From Thermostichus sp. DRC_bins_24 (GTDB lineage: Bacteria > Cyanobacteriota > Cyanobacteriia > Thermostichales > Thermostichaceae): a stretch of 64,000 nt of DNA. Of the stretch, positions 33,165-44,038 are shown one piece after another. A program made the position numbers and the translations under genes. The DNA lies in assembly GCA_039794845.1 (NCBI GenBank), contig JAUQVK010000115.1:1-64000 (forward strand), written 5' to 3'. Numbering within the stretch: the first letter of the stretch is position 1; the number at the start of each line of letters is the position of its first letter. The notes under the pieces were generated by a model that made no database searches, was not told the DNA's origin, and saw nothing but the letters and a program-made list of their open reading frames with translations.

Positions 33165-34565
33165 TTAAGGTTCATTTGGAAAATTTGAGAAGAAGACCTT
33201 GGGAAGACCTCGGGTGCGGGAACTTGCTGCCTGTTGAACCGCCTGCACCAGTCCGGCCGGGCCACCCTCCACCTGCACCACCGGGACCCCCACTTGAGCC
33301 TGCAGATCTTGCCAGGTGAGATCATCCAAAAAGCGCTCCCCATCCTTGAGAGTCACTCGGGGCAGCAGCAGCACATCATAGGCGGCCAAATCTTCCACAG
33401 ACTCTAGGGCTCTCAAAATATCTTTCCCCGTCAGCAAGCCGGTAACCGTCAGGGTTTGTCCCCAAAACTGGCTGGCAATCGGCAGCAGGGTGAGCTGCAA
33501 ATTGGGGATGCGGTTCATGCGCTCGACAATCGGCTGAAAGGCTTGCCCCACCGCGTTGCCCACCAACCAAAGCCCCCGCAAAGGCACCTCCAGTCCAGCC
33601 GGCAAACTCACCTGCTCAAACTGACTCAAAAACCAGCGCAGCGACCCAACCCCGTTACCGATCTGTGGGTAATCTTCGTAGTGCTCAGCAGGGGGCAACT
33701 CCCAACCCGCCAACAGATACCACTCATCCGCCAACCAAGCAAAGGGGGAGCCCAGTTGCTCCCGAAATTGGGCCTGTAATGCCTCCACCTGCCGAATCAC
33801 CTCTTGGGCCTTGGCTGCATCCACAGGCACAATCTCATCTTCAGGGGGGCGAAAGCGGGTTAACCCCACGGGCACCACGGCTGCCGAAAGCACGGTGGGG
33901 ATCCCATCCTGAAGCTGGCGAAAAGCCGCCAAATCCAGGAGGGTACGGGTCAGGTGCTCTCCATCGTTCCAGCCGGGGCAAACCACCACTTGCGCGTGCA
34001 GTTGCAGGCGATGGTCTCGAAACCAGGCCAACTGTTCCAAAATTAGCCCCGCTCGTGGGTTTTTCAGCAGGCGGCGGCGCACCTCCGGCTCGGTGGCATG
34101 CACCGAGACATACAGAGGGGAGAGGCGCATACGGGCAATGCGATCCCATTCGGCGGCGGGCAGATTGGTGAGGGTGAGGTAGCTGCCGTAGAGAAAGCTG
34201 AGGCGATAGTCGTCATCCTTGAGGTGCAAGGTGGCTCGCATCTCGGGGGGTTGTTGATCGATGAAGCAAAAGGGGCAGGCATTGGCGCACTGGATCAGGC
34301 CGTCGAACAGGGCGGTCTCAAACTCCAGGCCCAGATCCTCGTCGATCCCCTTTTCCAGCTCAACTCGGTACGGGATCCCCTGGCGATCCAGAATCTCTAG
34401 GTCCAACACCTCCTCGGCGATCAAAAAGCGGTAGTCGATCAAATCGCGGGGGCGCTCTCCGTTGATGCTGACCAGGGCATCTCCAGGCTCAATGCCCATC
34501 TCTGCCGCCAGGGATCCGGGCAAAACAGCGCTGATGCGAGCAGGTTGTAGGCTGGCACGAGACAT
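33165..34565 (-). CDS. PDZ plus radical-SAM-like protein (TIGR03279/DUF512)
   Basis: N-terminal PDZ, CANACPFCFIDQ (CxxxCxxC), KDDDYRLSFLYG. Confidence 0.92.
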   Translation of the reverse strand: MSRASLQPARISAVLPGSLAAEMGIEPGDALVSINGERPRDLIDYRFLIAEEVLDLEILDRQGIPYRVELEKGIDEDLGLEFETALFDGLIQCANACPFCFIDQQPPEMRATLHLKDDDYRLSFLYGSYLTLTNLPAAEWDRIARMRLSPLYVSVHATEPEVRRRLLKNPRAGLILEQLAWFRDHRLQLHAQVVVCPGWNDGEHLTRTLLDLAAFRQLQDGIPTVLSAAVVPVGLTRFRPPEDEIVPVDAAKAQEVIRQVEALQAQFREQLGSPFAWLADEWYLLAGWELPPAEHYEDYPQIGNGVGSLRWFLSQFEQVSLPAGLEVPLRGLWLVGNAVGQAFQPIVERMNRIPNLQLTLLPIASQFWGQTLTVTGLLTGKDILRALESVEDLAAYDVLLLPRVTLKDGERFLDDLTWQDLQAQVGVPVVQVEGGPAGLVQAVQQAASSRTRGLPKVFFSNFPNEP

Positions 34566-34622
34566 GGTTAGGGGGAAGGCTATTGGGCTGGGTCTAAGGG
34601 CAAGGCAGAACAGGAAAAAGCT

Positions 34623-34910
34623 TTACCCGAGGCAGCGAAGAAGAGCCGCCTCCAGTTCTGGCCGGCTCAGTTCCGTAACCACAAACACCTCCTGCACACT
34701 GTTTCCTTTGCGGGCCACCAGCTTATATCCACCCCGGATCGGCACCGAAACGCGCAACTGCAATTGCGGGATCCGCCCCCGACTGCGAGACAAAGCGCCC
34801 GGAGTAACGGTTTTAATGCCCGCTTGCTGGATGAGGCGCTCCAACACCGGGATCAAGCCGGAAATGTGGGTGGAATGATTCCAAACGAGGCGACCGCAGG
34901 GCTCAGACAT
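34623..34910 (-). CDS. DUF2103 protein
   Basis: GRLVWNHSTHI.GLIPVLE, GGYKL.ARKG.SVQEVF. Confidence 0.85.
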   Translation of the reverse strand: MSEPCGRLVWNHSTHISGLIPVLERLIQQAGIKTVTPGALSRSRGRIPQLQLRVSVPIRGGYKLVARKGNSVQEVFVVTELSRPELEAALLRCLG

Positions 34911-34966
34911 AATGGCAAGGGGAGGAGGAGTGGGATCTCTATGCTATTCCCCTGAAAAGCCTGTTC

Positions 34967-36715
34967 ATGCTCAAAATCCGGCCCCTCACCCCCGAACAGA
35001 TTGCCCAAATGGCAGCCGGCGAGGTGATCGACTCTCTGGGGGCGGCCCTGCGGGAATTGCTGGACAATGCCCTCGATGCCCAGGCCACCCGCATTCAGGT
35101 GGAGCTTTGGCCCCAGCGCTGGCGAATTCGGGTGGGGGATAACGGCGAAGGGATCCCGGCCTCGGAGCTGGAACAGGTGGCGCGACGACACACCAGCAGC
35201 AAATGGAACCGCTCCGGCCTTGGGTTCCGAGGGGAAGCGCTGCACAGCCTGGCCCGGCTGGGATCCCTGACCATCCAAACCCGTCACAGCGCCGATCCCC
35301 ATGGGTGGCAGGCCACCTACAACCGCGAGGGGGAATTGATCCACCGGCAACCGGCGGCCACGGCCCTGGGTACCGTCGTCACGGTTGCCGATCTCTTTGG
35401 GGAGTGGCCCTTGCGTCGTCAGGAGTTGCCCCAAACCCGCCCGCTCCTGACCTTGCTGCAAAATGCCGCTTTGGCCCATCCCTCGGTCAGTTGGCAGGTT
35501 CACCGGGATGAGCGATTGCTTCTCAGCCTTTGGCCAGGCAAGTCGTTACAAGATATCCTTTTGCAACTGTTGCCCCACCTGGATCCCTCCGATCTGCGCC
35601 ACCGACGCATTTGCCAGCAGGAGGCGGACTGGGAAATTCTGCTGGGTTTGCCGGATCGGGTGCATTATCCGCGTCCAGACTGGGTGCGCTTGGCGGTGAA
35701 TGGGCGTTTTGTGCAGATCCCCGAGCTGCAGCGGGTGATCCCGTCGGTTTTTCACCACACCTTGCCCCGCCAGCGACATCCTCTGGTGGTCGTCCACCTG
35801 CGCTTGCCCCCTGAGCAAGTCGATTGGAACCGGCACCCCGCCAAAAGTGAACTCTACCTGCAGGAACTGACCACCCGACAGGCACAACTGCGCCAACACC
35901 TACAGGCCCTACTCCAAGAGGGATCCGGCCAGGCCAGCCGCCGCTCTGTGCAACTGATCCGGGCCAGTGAGGCCAAACAGGCCTACCAGAGCTCACCCAG
36001 TTCAACCCAGAACCCTGCCGCCCAGCCAGCCTCAACGGGATCCCTGCCTCCCCTCAGAGCTCTGGCCCAACTGCACCGGATCTATATCCTGGCGGAGCAT
36101 CCCCAGGGGCTGTGGTTGGTGGAGCAACACCTGGCCCACGAACGCGTTCGCTACGAGCATCTGCAACAGCACTGGCAACTGGTGGAGCCGGATCCCCCTT
36201 TGGCCCTGGAGGGGCTGTCTCCCCAGGCTCTGCACCAACTCGAGCAGTTGGGCTTGGGGCCAGAACCCTTTGGCCCCCATACCCATTTGTTGCGGCGCAT
36301 CCCGCTGGCGTTGCTTCAGGAGGATCCTCAGGAAATTCAGGGATCCCTCCTTGAGCTCAGCCGCTGCGAAGATTTGCAGGCCGCCCAAGTGGCGGTAGCC
36401 TGTCGGGGGGCTTTACGCAATGGGGTAGCCCTGACACTGCAGCAGATGCAACAGTTGCTGGAAGCTTGGCAACGCACCACCCATCCGCATACCTGTCCCC
36501 ATGGCCGCCCAGTGTATCTGGTGCTGGCGGAAAACGATCTGGCCCGTTACTTTCGCCGTCGCTGGGGTATCTGTGACCGGCCCGGATCAAATCGTGGGGT
36601 GGGATCCCTGTTGGAACTGGATGCCCTCGGGGATGGGTTTGCCGCGCACGTCCGCCAGACAACGGACGCTTCTGCGCTTGGGCCAAAGGACGGGGCCAGG
36701 CCATCCCCACTATAA
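34967..36715 (+). CDS. mutL: DNA mismatch repair endonuclease MutL
   Basis: AAGEVID, ELLDNALDA, DNGEG, GFRGEAL, EQHLAHER, ACR, CPHGRP. Confidence 0.93.
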   Translation: MLKIRPLTPEQIAQMAAGEVIDSLGAALRELLDNALDAQATRIQVELWPQRWRIRVGDNGEGIPASELEQVARRHTSSKWNRSGLGFRGEALHSLARLGSLTIQTRHSADPHGWQATYNREGELIHRQPAATALGTVVTVADLFGEWPLRRQELPQTRPLLTLLQNAALAHPSVSWQVHRDERLLLSLWPGKSLQDILLQLLPHLDPSDLRHRRICQQEADWEILLGLPDRVHYPRPDWVRLAVNGRFVQIPELQRVIPSVFHHTLPRQRHPLVVVHLRLPPEQVDWNRHPAKSELYLQELTTRQAQLRQHLQALLQEGSGQASRRSVQLIRASEAKQAYQSSPSSTQNPAAQPASTGSLPPLRALAQLHRIYILAEHPQGLWLVEQHLAHERVRYEHLQQHWQLVEPDPPLALEGLSPQALHQLEQLGLGPEPFGPHTHLLRRIPLALLQEDPQEIQGSLLELSRCEDLQAAQVAVACRGALRNGVALTLQQMQQLLEAWQRTTHPHTCPHGRPVYLVLAENDLARYFRRRWGICDRPGSNRGVGSLLELDALGDGFAAHVRQTTDASALGPKDGARPSPL

Positions 36716-36752
36716 TCGGGGGTGTTGAACTGCTGTGACTGTTCAGAATCCA

Positions 36753-37607
36753 ATGGCCTATTATCTCAAAACTGAGGAAGAGTCCTGGCTGCACCGCCAT
36801 TCACGCACAATCTTGGCGGTTTTGGCCGGCTTGGGATCCCTGTTGACGGCTTATCTCACCTACAGCAAGCTAACAGAGCAATCGGCTGCCTTCTGTACTG
36901 GGGATGGGGGCTGTGATCTGGTGCTCTCCAGCCGTTGGGCCACGTTTCTGGGGATCCCGACGGCGGCTGTCGGCTTGTTGGGGTTCTTGGGGGTTTTGGT
37001 GTTGGCGTTGGTGCCGGATGAACTCCCCTGGGTAAAGCAGTGGCGCTGGCCGGCCCTGTTTGGCTTGGTTTCTGCCATGACGGCCTTTGAGATGTACATG
37101 CTCTATCTAATGGTGGGGGTGCTACGGCAGTTTTGTATGTACTGTACAGCGGCAATTGTTTTGGTGGCGGGGCTGTGGCTGGTGACGGTATTGGGCCACC
37201 GCTGGTTGGACTGGGGCAAGATGAGCTTCGGCTACATCCTTGTGAGTGTGCTGACCCTGATCACCACCATCGGGGTGTATGCCAACCAAGTTCCTCCGCC
37301 CAGCCCCTTTGCCTTGGGGTTGGCAGCCCACCTGCGGGAGACCGGCGGCACCATGTACGGCGCTTACTGGTGTCCCCATTGCCAAGACCAAAAGGATTTG
37401 TTCGGGGCAGCTTTTGCGGAAGTACCCTACGTGGAGTGTTCTCCCAACGGCCCTAGTGCTCCCCAAGCGCAGGAGTGCAATGAAGCTGGGATCACCAGCT
37501 ACCCCACTTGGGTGATCAACGGCCGCACCTACACCGGTGTGCGCTCTCTGGAGGCGCTGGCAGTGGCCTCAGGCTTTCAGTTTGATCCGGAGGAAGTCCG
37601 CGAATGA
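36753..37607 (+). CDS. VKOR-thioredoxin fusion thiol-disulfide oxidoreductase
   Basis: C...GC..VL.S.W, CMYC in TM region, C-terminal WCPHC. Confidence 0.93.
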   Translation: MAYYLKTEEESWLHRHSRTILAVLAGLGSLLTAYLTYSKLTEQSAAFCTGDGGCDLVLSSRWATFLGIPTAAVGLLGFLGVLVLALVPDELPWVKQWRWPALFGLVSAMTAFEMYMLYLMVGVLRQFCMYCTAAIVLVAGLWLVTVLGHRWLDWGKMSFGYILVSVLTLITTIGVYANQVPPPSPFALGLAAHLRETGGTMYGAYWCPHCQDQKDLFGAAFAEVPYVECSPNGPSAPQAQECNEAGITSYPTWVINGRTYTGVRSLEALAVASGFQFDPEEVRE

Positions 37608-37622
37608 TTTGGGAGTTGGCTT

Positions 37623-38696
37623 CTACTTGACTTCCGAAAGAGGAGTAAGGATGTGTACCCGGTTGCGGCCTGCCTGTTTGGCCTGGTACAAAGCTTCATC
37701 CGCCTGTTGCAAGGCCGCCTCGGGTTCTAGAGGGTGATCCTCAGTAACCACGACCCCGCCAATGGAGAGGGTTATCGATAAGCTGCGCTTGGGGGAAACG
37801 GCGATGGGATGGTTGGCAATCACCCGGCGCAAAAGCTCCGCATAACGGTAGCTACGGGAGGGGTTGAGCCCCGGCGTAATGCAAACAAACTCTTCCCCGC
37901 CATAGCGGTAGAGCAGACTGGAGGGGCGCAGCTGATTTTGGAGTCGCCCGGCAATTGCCTGCAACACACAGTCGCCGATGTAATGGCCGTGGTTGTCGTT
38001 CACCTGCTTAAAGTGATCCACATCCATCATCAACAGGCAGAGATAGCGGTAACGGGCTTCCCCAAACCGCGGCCCCACCTGTTTGAGCAAATGGGGCAGC
38101 GCCTGATCGAGGGCCCGGCGGTTCAACATTCCCGTCAGGGGATCCGTCAGAGACAGGGACTCCAGCAGCTCGTTGCGGGCTTGCAGTTGCCGATTGGCCT
38201 GGGCTAGGGCTTGGGTGAGCCGCTGCAGGCGCAGCCCCGCCCGTACCCGGGCTTGCAGCTCGTCTGGGTTAACCGGCTTGGCGATAAATTCATCCGCCCC
38301 CGCATCCAATCCCCGCACCCGATCCTCAATTTCAGAACGGGCCGTGAGCAAAATGAAGTAAACAAACTGGCCGTTGGCGGATCCCTTGAGGCGGCGGCAG
38401 AGATCCACCCCCGACAGATCCGGCATGATCCAATCGCAGATGATCACATTCGGCAGTTGCCCCTCTTCCAGGCTTTGCATGTACTCCAGGGCGGATTGGC
38501 CATCATTGCGGGTTTCAACTTGGTAGTCAGCTCCGCGCAGCACCTCGCCAATGTAGTTCCGGGTGGCCGCATCGTCATCCACCACCAAAATGCGGGGGGC
38601 CTGGGTGAAGACACAGCCCAAAGGGTTGCCGTCTAAGGGATCCTTCCCCTCAGGAACTTGGAGCGGAGGACGTTGATTGGCGTCAGTCGGTTGCAT
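37623..38696 (-). CDS. Response-regulator diguanylate cyclase (REC-GGDEF)
   Basis: VVDDD, CDWIMP, KP; DPLTG..NRR, RYGGEEF. Confidence 0.93.
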   Translation of the reverse strand: MQPTDANQRPPLQVPEGKDPLDGNPLGCVFTQAPRILVVDDDAATRNYIGEVLRGADYQVETRNDGQSALEYMQSLEEGQLPNVIICDWIMPDLSGVDLCRRLKGSANGQFVYFILLTARSEIEDRVRGLDAGADEFIAKPVNPDELQARVRAGLRLQRLTQALAQANRQLQARNELLESLSLTDPLTGMLNRRALDQALPHLLKQVGPRFGEARYRYLCLLMMDVDHFKQVNDNHGHYIGDCVLQAIAGRLQNQLRPSSLLYRYGGEEFVCITPGLNPSRSYRYAELLRRVIANHPIAVSPKRSLSITLSIGGVVVTEDHPLEPEAALQQADEALYQAKQAGRNRVHILTPLSEVK

Positions 38697-38729
38697 GAGA
38701 GGGGAAGACAGACAAGGGTAAGCTCAGCC

Positions 38730-39635
38730 TCAACTGGAACTGGGGGTGGCTAGATAGGCATGATCGGAAACCCGCTCGCGAAGCCCCAGGTGCACTGCTT
38801 CCACAAATTCACGCACCCGAATCGGGTCAATAAGCGGAAAGGGTTCTGTGCGCGTCAGCGGGACGGAGTCTTTGTAGCCCGACGGAATGCCCGCGGAGCG
38901 GGAAGACCGCTTCAGGGAGCTGGCCACAATCACCCCATCCGCTTGCCGAATGAGACTGCCAATATTTTCGGCAGTGGCCCCCGAGCCAATCAAGAGGGGC
39001 ACCTGAGGGGCAACAGTACGGGCCAACTCCAGTTCCTCGAAAATGGGCGGGTGGCCCGTGGCCCAACCGGAGAGGATGATCCCATCGGCCAAGCCACGCT
39101 CAACGGTATCGGCAATGGCAGCGGCGAGGCCCACGGAACCCAGGGGTTGGGCATGTTTCACCAGCACATCCGCAAAGATTTTGATATCGGCCCCCAGCTC
39201 ACGGCGGTAGCGCATTAGGCGGTGGGCATCCCCCTCAATGATGCCTTGGTCGGTGGCCATTACCCCCGACAAGACATTGACACGGATAAACTGGGCCCCC
39301 ACACAAGCGGCAATGGCCAAAGCACTGTGGCCGTCGTTGCGCAGTACATTAATTCCAAGGGGCAGCGAGACCAGCATTTTCAGCCGCTGCACCACCACCG
39401 TCATGGCACTGACCACAGCGGCATCCACTTGATCCTTGGCAAAGGGGGCATCGTAAAAGTTCTCGACAATGATCCCGTCCACCCCCCCCGCTGCTAGGGC
39501 TGTCGCCGCCTGCTCTGCCTGGGCGATCACCCATTCCAAATCGCCTCCCCAACGGGGGGATGTTGGTAGCGGCAACAGATGAACCACCCCGATGACTGGA
39601 TGGGCGGTTTTGAAAAGGTGTTGCAGCAAGTTCAC
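38730..39635 (-). CDS. btpA: Photosystem I biogenesis protein BtpA
   Basis: IGVVHLLPLPTSPRWGG, ENF.DAPF, GINVLRND, DVLVKHA. Confidence 0.93.
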   Translation of the reverse strand: MNLLQHLFKTAHPVIGVVHLLPLPTSPRWGGDLEWVIAQAEQAATALAAGGVDGIIVENFYDAPFAKDQVDAAVVSAMTVVVQRLKMLVSLPLGINVLRNDGHSALAIAACVGAQFIRVNVLSGVMATDQGIIEGDAHRLMRYRRELGADIKIFADVLVKHAQPLGSVGLAAAIADTVERGLADGIILSGWATGHPPIFEELELARTVAPQVPLLIGSGATAENIGSLIRQADGVIVASSLKRSSRSAGIPSGYKDSVPLTRTEPFPLIDPIRVREFVEAVHLGLRERVSDHAYLATPSSS

Positions 39636-39738
39636 CGGCAGGTTCTCACAGGAATTCCCCACGATCTTACGCCCGGATCTTCCCCAAGTCGGCATTCTTT
39701 AAGGGGAAGTGTAACCTACGGCCGGTTAAGGAATGGAT

Positions 39739-40830
39739 TTAGGGGTCTGCAGGAGTGCTCATGGGGGTGTTTCGGTGGGTCGAGATGCCCCGCAAGAGTC
39801 GCCTAACCAGGCCTGGCCCTTCGTAAACCCAGCCGGTGTACACCTGCAGCAAACTGGCACCGGCCTGCCATTTTTCCAGGGCATCGGCCACGGTGAAAAT
39901 GCCCCCCACCCCGATGATCGGCAGTTGGCCCTGGGTGGCTGTGTGAATGTAGCGAATCACCTCGGTGGAGCGCTCTCGCAGAGGGGCACCGCTGATCCCT
40001 CCCGCTTCTTTTGCGATCGGGATCCCACTGCCGGGCAGGAAACGGGTTTTCAGATTGTCCCGCCTTAGGGTGGTGTTGGTGGCAACAATCCCGGCCAGTT
40101 GGTGGGTTCGGGCCAATGCCAGGATCCCGTCGAGTTCCGGCCAATCCAGATCGGGGGCAATTTTAACCAGGAGGGGTTTTTGGCCCTGATTCTCCTGCTG
40201 CAGTGCAGACAGGATCGGCTCCAGTTGCTCCGTGGCCTGCAGGGATCGCAAACCCGGCGTGTTGGGGGAGCTGACATTAACGACAAAATAATCCCCCAGC
40301 TCCTTGAGAAGCCGGAAGCTGGCCAGATAGTCTGTGGCAGCCTCGTTGAGCGGTGTGACCTTCGACTTGCCCAGGTTGACCCCGATCGGGATCCGGCGTT
40401 GGGGAAGATGACGCAATCGCTCCGCCAAGGCTGCTGCCCCCCGATTGTTAAAGCCCATGCGGTTCAGGGCAGCCCGATCCAGGGGCAATTGAAACAAACG
40501 CGGTTTCGGGTTGCCGGGCTGAGCCTGGGCGGTGACAGTACCCACTTCCACAAAGCCAAACCCCAAGCTGGGCCAGACGGCTAACCCAAGGCCATCTTTG
40601 TCAAAACCGGCTGCCAACCCAATCGGATTGGGAAAGGTAAGCCCCCACAGCTTGACCTCTAGGAGGGGATCCCGGTAGCAAAAAAGGCGCTCCAGCCCAG
40701 CCAGGATCCCGGTGGCATCGGTGGCCCCGATCCAGTGCAAGGCTTGCAATAGCCTGACCTTAACGGTTTCGGGATCCGCCCGCAAACCAGAAAACAGCAG
40801 CGGGCGCAGCCCATCCCGATAGAGATTCAC
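39739..40830 (-). CDS. pyrD: Quinone-dependent dihydroorotate dehydrogenase
   Basis: [37 protein letters not shown]. Confidence 0.96.
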   Translation of the reverse strand: MNLYRDGLRPLLFSGLRADPETVKVRLLQALHWIGATDATGILAGLERLFCYRDPLLEVKLWGLTFPNPIGLAAGFDKDGLGLAVWPSLGFGFVEVGTVTAQAQPGNPKPRLFQLPLDRAALNRMGFNNRGAAALAERLRHLPQRRIPIGVNLGKSKVTPLNEAATDYLASFRLLKELGDYFVVNVSSPNTPGLRSLQATEQLEPILSALQQENQGQKPLLVKIAPDLDWPELDGILALARTHQLAGIVATNTTLRRDNLKTRFLPGSGIPIAKEAGGISGAPLRERSTEVIRYIHTATQGQLPIIGVGGIFTVADALEKWQAGASLLQVYTGWVYEGPGLVRRLLRGISTHRNTPMSTPADP

Positions 40831-40902
40831 GGTGAGAGATCCCCCTATAGCCCTGCCATCAAACCCTATCCGGGATCCGATCCTCAACCCCCTTTTCCCG
40901 AC

Positions 40903-40936
40903 AAAAAAGCCTGCACAGAGAGTCTCCTGGCAGGCT
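40903..40936 (-). terminator. Intrinsic terminator after the ABC substrate-binding gene
   Basis: Minus strand GAGCCTGC...GCAGGC followed by TTTTTT. Confidence 0.7.
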
Positions 40937-41014
40937 CATTCTTCTGGCACATTTTTCTAACCAGGGTGCTCAATGCTAAGGGATCCTATCTCGTCTGTGA
41001 GGACCAGAGGATGA

Positions 41015-42256
41015 TCAGCTTTCCGGCTCAAACACCTCCAAATCCACCACCGTGCCCCCTTGGAAAGTCCAGCGGGCAAAGGTACCAGCCACATCGCCGT
41101 TCTCGTCGAAGTTGATCGAGCCAGAAGCGCCGGTATAGAAGATGTCTTCCCCTTTGGCGATCAAATCCACGGCCTTTTCCCATTCCCCGGGGCGAATCTC
41201 GGTGCCAGGGGGGTTGGCCACCTCCCGCAGGGCATCGCGAATGGCCACCCCGTCGGTGCTACCGGCTTTTTGGATGGCTAAGGCCAATACAAAAGCGGCA
41301 TCGTAGGAGGTGTCGATGTAGGGGGTAGGAGGCAGTTCGCCGAAGGCCTCCTCATAGGACCGGGCAAAGAATTGGTAGGTATCGCTGTCGGTGAGGGCCT
41401 GGGGAGAAACGCCGATGGATCCCTCCAACAGATCCGCCCCCACTTGAGCTGCCACATCGGGGGAACGCATCCCGTCGGTGAAGACGAACCGGTCAAACAG
41501 CCCTTCTTCCAAAGCCTGCCGCAGGATGACCACACCGTTTTCGGGGTAACCAATCAACACCAGCGCCTCGGGATCCCCGTCGGTCAGTTGCGAGAGTTCG
41601 CCGCGATAGGAGGCTTGGCCGGGTTCGTAAGGCACTGCATTGGTGATGGTGCCACCGCGGGCTTCAAACGCCGCGGTAAAGCTGTCGGAAAGCCCCTGGC
41701 CGTAGTCGTTGTTGATGTAGATGATCGCCAGCCGCTCCAGATTCTCCTGCCGAGTCACCTGGGCCAAGGCCACCCCTTGGTACGCATCGGAAGGGACGGT
41801 GCGGAACAGGAAATCATCGTCATCAAGGGTGCTGATGGCAGGAGCCGTGGACGCCGGAGAAATTTGCGGGATCCGATTGGGAGCCGAGACAGTGGTAGCC
41901 ACCGGGATCGTATTGCCACTTCCCAAAGCACCGATGATCCCGGCCACTCGCTCGACGCTCACCAGGCGTTGGGCCCCATCAATGGCCGGCTGAGCGGCAG
42001 TTTGATCGTCTGCCACCACCAGTTCTGCAGGAGCCCCCAGGATCCCTCCAGCAGCATTGATCTGCTCGATGGCCAGCTTCACCCCATTCAGACAATTTTG
42101 ACCAAAGACCTGCAGGTCACCGGTCAAGGGCATCAAGGCCCCGATCCTGACCGCTTGTTGGGCGGCACCGGGAAACAGGGTGGTGGTGAGGGCAGCAGCA
42201 GTCAAGACGGCGGCAGCAGTGAAGGTACGCCGAGTTAGTTTGTTCATGCGAGACAT
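41015..42256 (-). CDS. ABC substrate-binding protein, Liv/HAAT family, Tat signal
   Basis: TRRTF signal; IGALMPLTG, INAAGG, FRTVPSD; GGAGG RBS. Confidence 0.9.
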   Translation of the reverse strand: MSRMNKLTRRTFTAAAVLTAAALTTTLFPGAAQQAVRIGALMPLTGDLQVFGQNCLNGVKLAIEQINAAGGILGAPAELVVADDQTAAQPAIDGAQRLVSVERVAGIIGALGSGNTIPVATTVSAPNRIPQISPASTAPAISTLDDDDFLFRTVPSDAYQGVALAQVTRQENLERLAIIYINNDYGQGLSDSFTAAFEARGGTITNAVPYEPGQASYRGELSQLTDGDPEALVLIGYPENGVVILRQALEEGLFDRFVFTDGMRSPDVAAQVGADLLEGSIGVSPQALTDSDTYQFFARSYEEAFGELPPTPYIDTSYDAAFVLALAIQKAGSTDGVAIRDALREVANPPGTEIRPGEWEKAVDLIAKGEDIFYTGASGSINFDENGDVAGTFARWTFQGGTVVDLEVFEPES

Positions 42257-42512
42257 AACAGACAACCTCCTGTGAGGGAAGAAAACAAAATAGGGATCCC
42301 TAAAGCCGAGTGTCAATTGTATAGGCCAGACGCTTGCTCACCTCAACGCGTTCCCCACTCCCTCAACAAAAATGGATGTGCCGGATCCCGATAACCTTTG
42401 TAAAGTCAGCTGCGAAACCCAAGGCAGTTGCTCCTACAGGGATCCGGGAAGGATAATAAGCGAACTCGGCAATTGCATTCATTATGCAGTGTGTTCTTCT
42501 CAGGGCAGTAGC

Positions 42513-43337
42513 GTGATTGTTATCGATGATATCTCCAAACAGTTCGGCGGCATTAACGCGGTGGATCGCTGCTCCTTCCGAATTGAAACCGGTCAGGTGA
42601 CCGGCTTGATTGGCCCCAATGGAGCCGGAAAAACCACCCTTTTCAACATCATTGCCGGGTTTATTCGCCCAAGCGCCGGGCGGATCTGGTTGGATGGGGA
42701 AGATATTACGGGGTTGCCTCCGCATCGCCTGTTCCATCGCGGCTTGGTACGCACCTTTCAGATCCCGCGTGAGTTCGGCCGCATGACGGTCCTGGAAAAT
42801 CTGATGGTGGTGCCCCCGGAGCAGGCCGGTGAGAACCTGTTCACCACCTGGTTTGGTTGGCACCGGGTGAGGCGACAGGAACAGGATCTACAAGCCCGGG
42901 CCGAGGAGGTATTGGAACGCCTGAAGCTGACTCATGTGCGGGATCAACTGGCGGGTACCCTCTCCGGTGGGCAGAAAAAGCTGCTGGAACTGGGGCGGAC
43001 GCTGATGACGGATGCGCGGGTGATTTTACTGGACGAGCCAGGCGCTGGGGTGAATCGCACCCTGCTCGGGGATTTGATGAGCTTCATCGAGTATTTGAAT
43101 CGGGAGCGCGGCTGTACTTTCTGCATCATTGAGCATGATCTGGATCTGGTGACCCGCCTCTGTAACCATGTGGTGGTGATGGCCGCCGGACAGGTGCTCA
43201 TGCAGGGATCCATGCAGGAAATCAAACAAAACCCGGAGGTGCGGGAGGCCTATCTGGGATCCATGACCATTGCCGACCGATCTGGCCAGCCCCAACCCTC
43301 CACCTCCGCTGTGTCTCCAGAGGGATCCCCGTCATGA
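42513..43337 (+). CDS. livG: Branched-chain amino acid ABC ATPase (LivG-like)
   Basis: GPNGAGKTT, RTFQ, LSGGQKKLLE, LLDEP. Confidence 0.88.
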   Translation: MIVIDDISKQFGGINAVDRCSFRIETGQVTGLIGPNGAGKTTLFNIIAGFIRPSAGRIWLDGEDITGLPPHRLFHRGLVRTFQIPREFGRMTVLENLMVVPPEQAGENLFTTWFGWHRVRRQEQDLQARAEEVLERLKLTHVRDQLAGTLSGGQKKLLELGRTLMTDARVILLDEPGAGVNRTLLGDLMSFIEYLNRERGCTFCIIEHDLDLVTRLCNHVVVMAAGQVLMQGSMQEIKQNPEVREAYLGSMTIADRSGQPQPSTSAVSPEGSPS

Positions 43338-44038
43338 CCTTGCTGGAGCTGCAGAATCTCTACAGTGGCTATCGCGGTGTGGACATCCTAAAAGGGATCC
43401 ACCTGGAGGTAAAACGTGGCCAGATCGTGGTGATTATTGGCCCCAATGGCGCGGGCAAATCGACGGTGTTGAAATCCTTGTTTGGGTTGGCCACCATCCG
43501 GGCGGGCAAGGTGCTGTTCCAGGGATCCGACATCACTCGGCTACCGGCAGAACAATTGGTGCGGCGTGGCATTTGTTTTGTTCCTCAAACCAACAATGTG
43601 TTTCCTTCCCTGTCGGTGCAGGAAAACTTGGAGATGGGGGCCTTCATCCGGCAGGATACCTTTGCCAGCCAACTGGAGCGGGTGTATGAACTGTTTCCGC
43701 CCCTGAAAGAGAAACGGCGACAAGCAGCAGGATCCCTGTCGGGTGGGCAGCGGCAAATGGTGGCGATGGGGCGGGCCTTGATGGTGGAGCCGCAGTTGTT
43801 GCTGTTGGATGAGCCGACCGCGGGCCTTTCTCCCTTGTTTATCGAGCAAACCTTCGCCATTCTGCAGGATATCAACCGCCTCGGCATTAGCATCCTGATG
43901 GTGGAACAGAATGCCAAGCAAGCCCTGAGCATGGCGGACTGGGGTTATGTGCTGTCGACGGGGGAAAACCGCTTTGAGGATACTGGCCCCAATCTGTTGG
44001 CCAATCCTGAGGTGCTGGAGCTGTTTCTGGGTGGGTGA
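43334..44038 (+). CDS. livF: Branched-chain amino acid ABC ATPase (LivF-like)
   Basis: GPNGAGKST, LSGGQRQM, VEQNA; ATGA overlap with livG. Confidence 0.9.
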   Translation: MTLLELQNLYSGYRGVDILKGIHLEVKRGQIVVIIGPNGAGKSTVLKSLFGLATIRAGKVLFQGSDITRLPAEQLVRRGICFVPQTNNVFPSLSVQENLEMGAFIRQDTFASQLERVYELFPPLKEKRRQAAGSLSGGQRQMVAMGRALMVEPQLLLLDEPTAGLSPLFIEQTFAILQDINRLGISILMVEQNAKQALSMADWGYVLSTGENRFEDTGPNLLANPEVLELFLGG

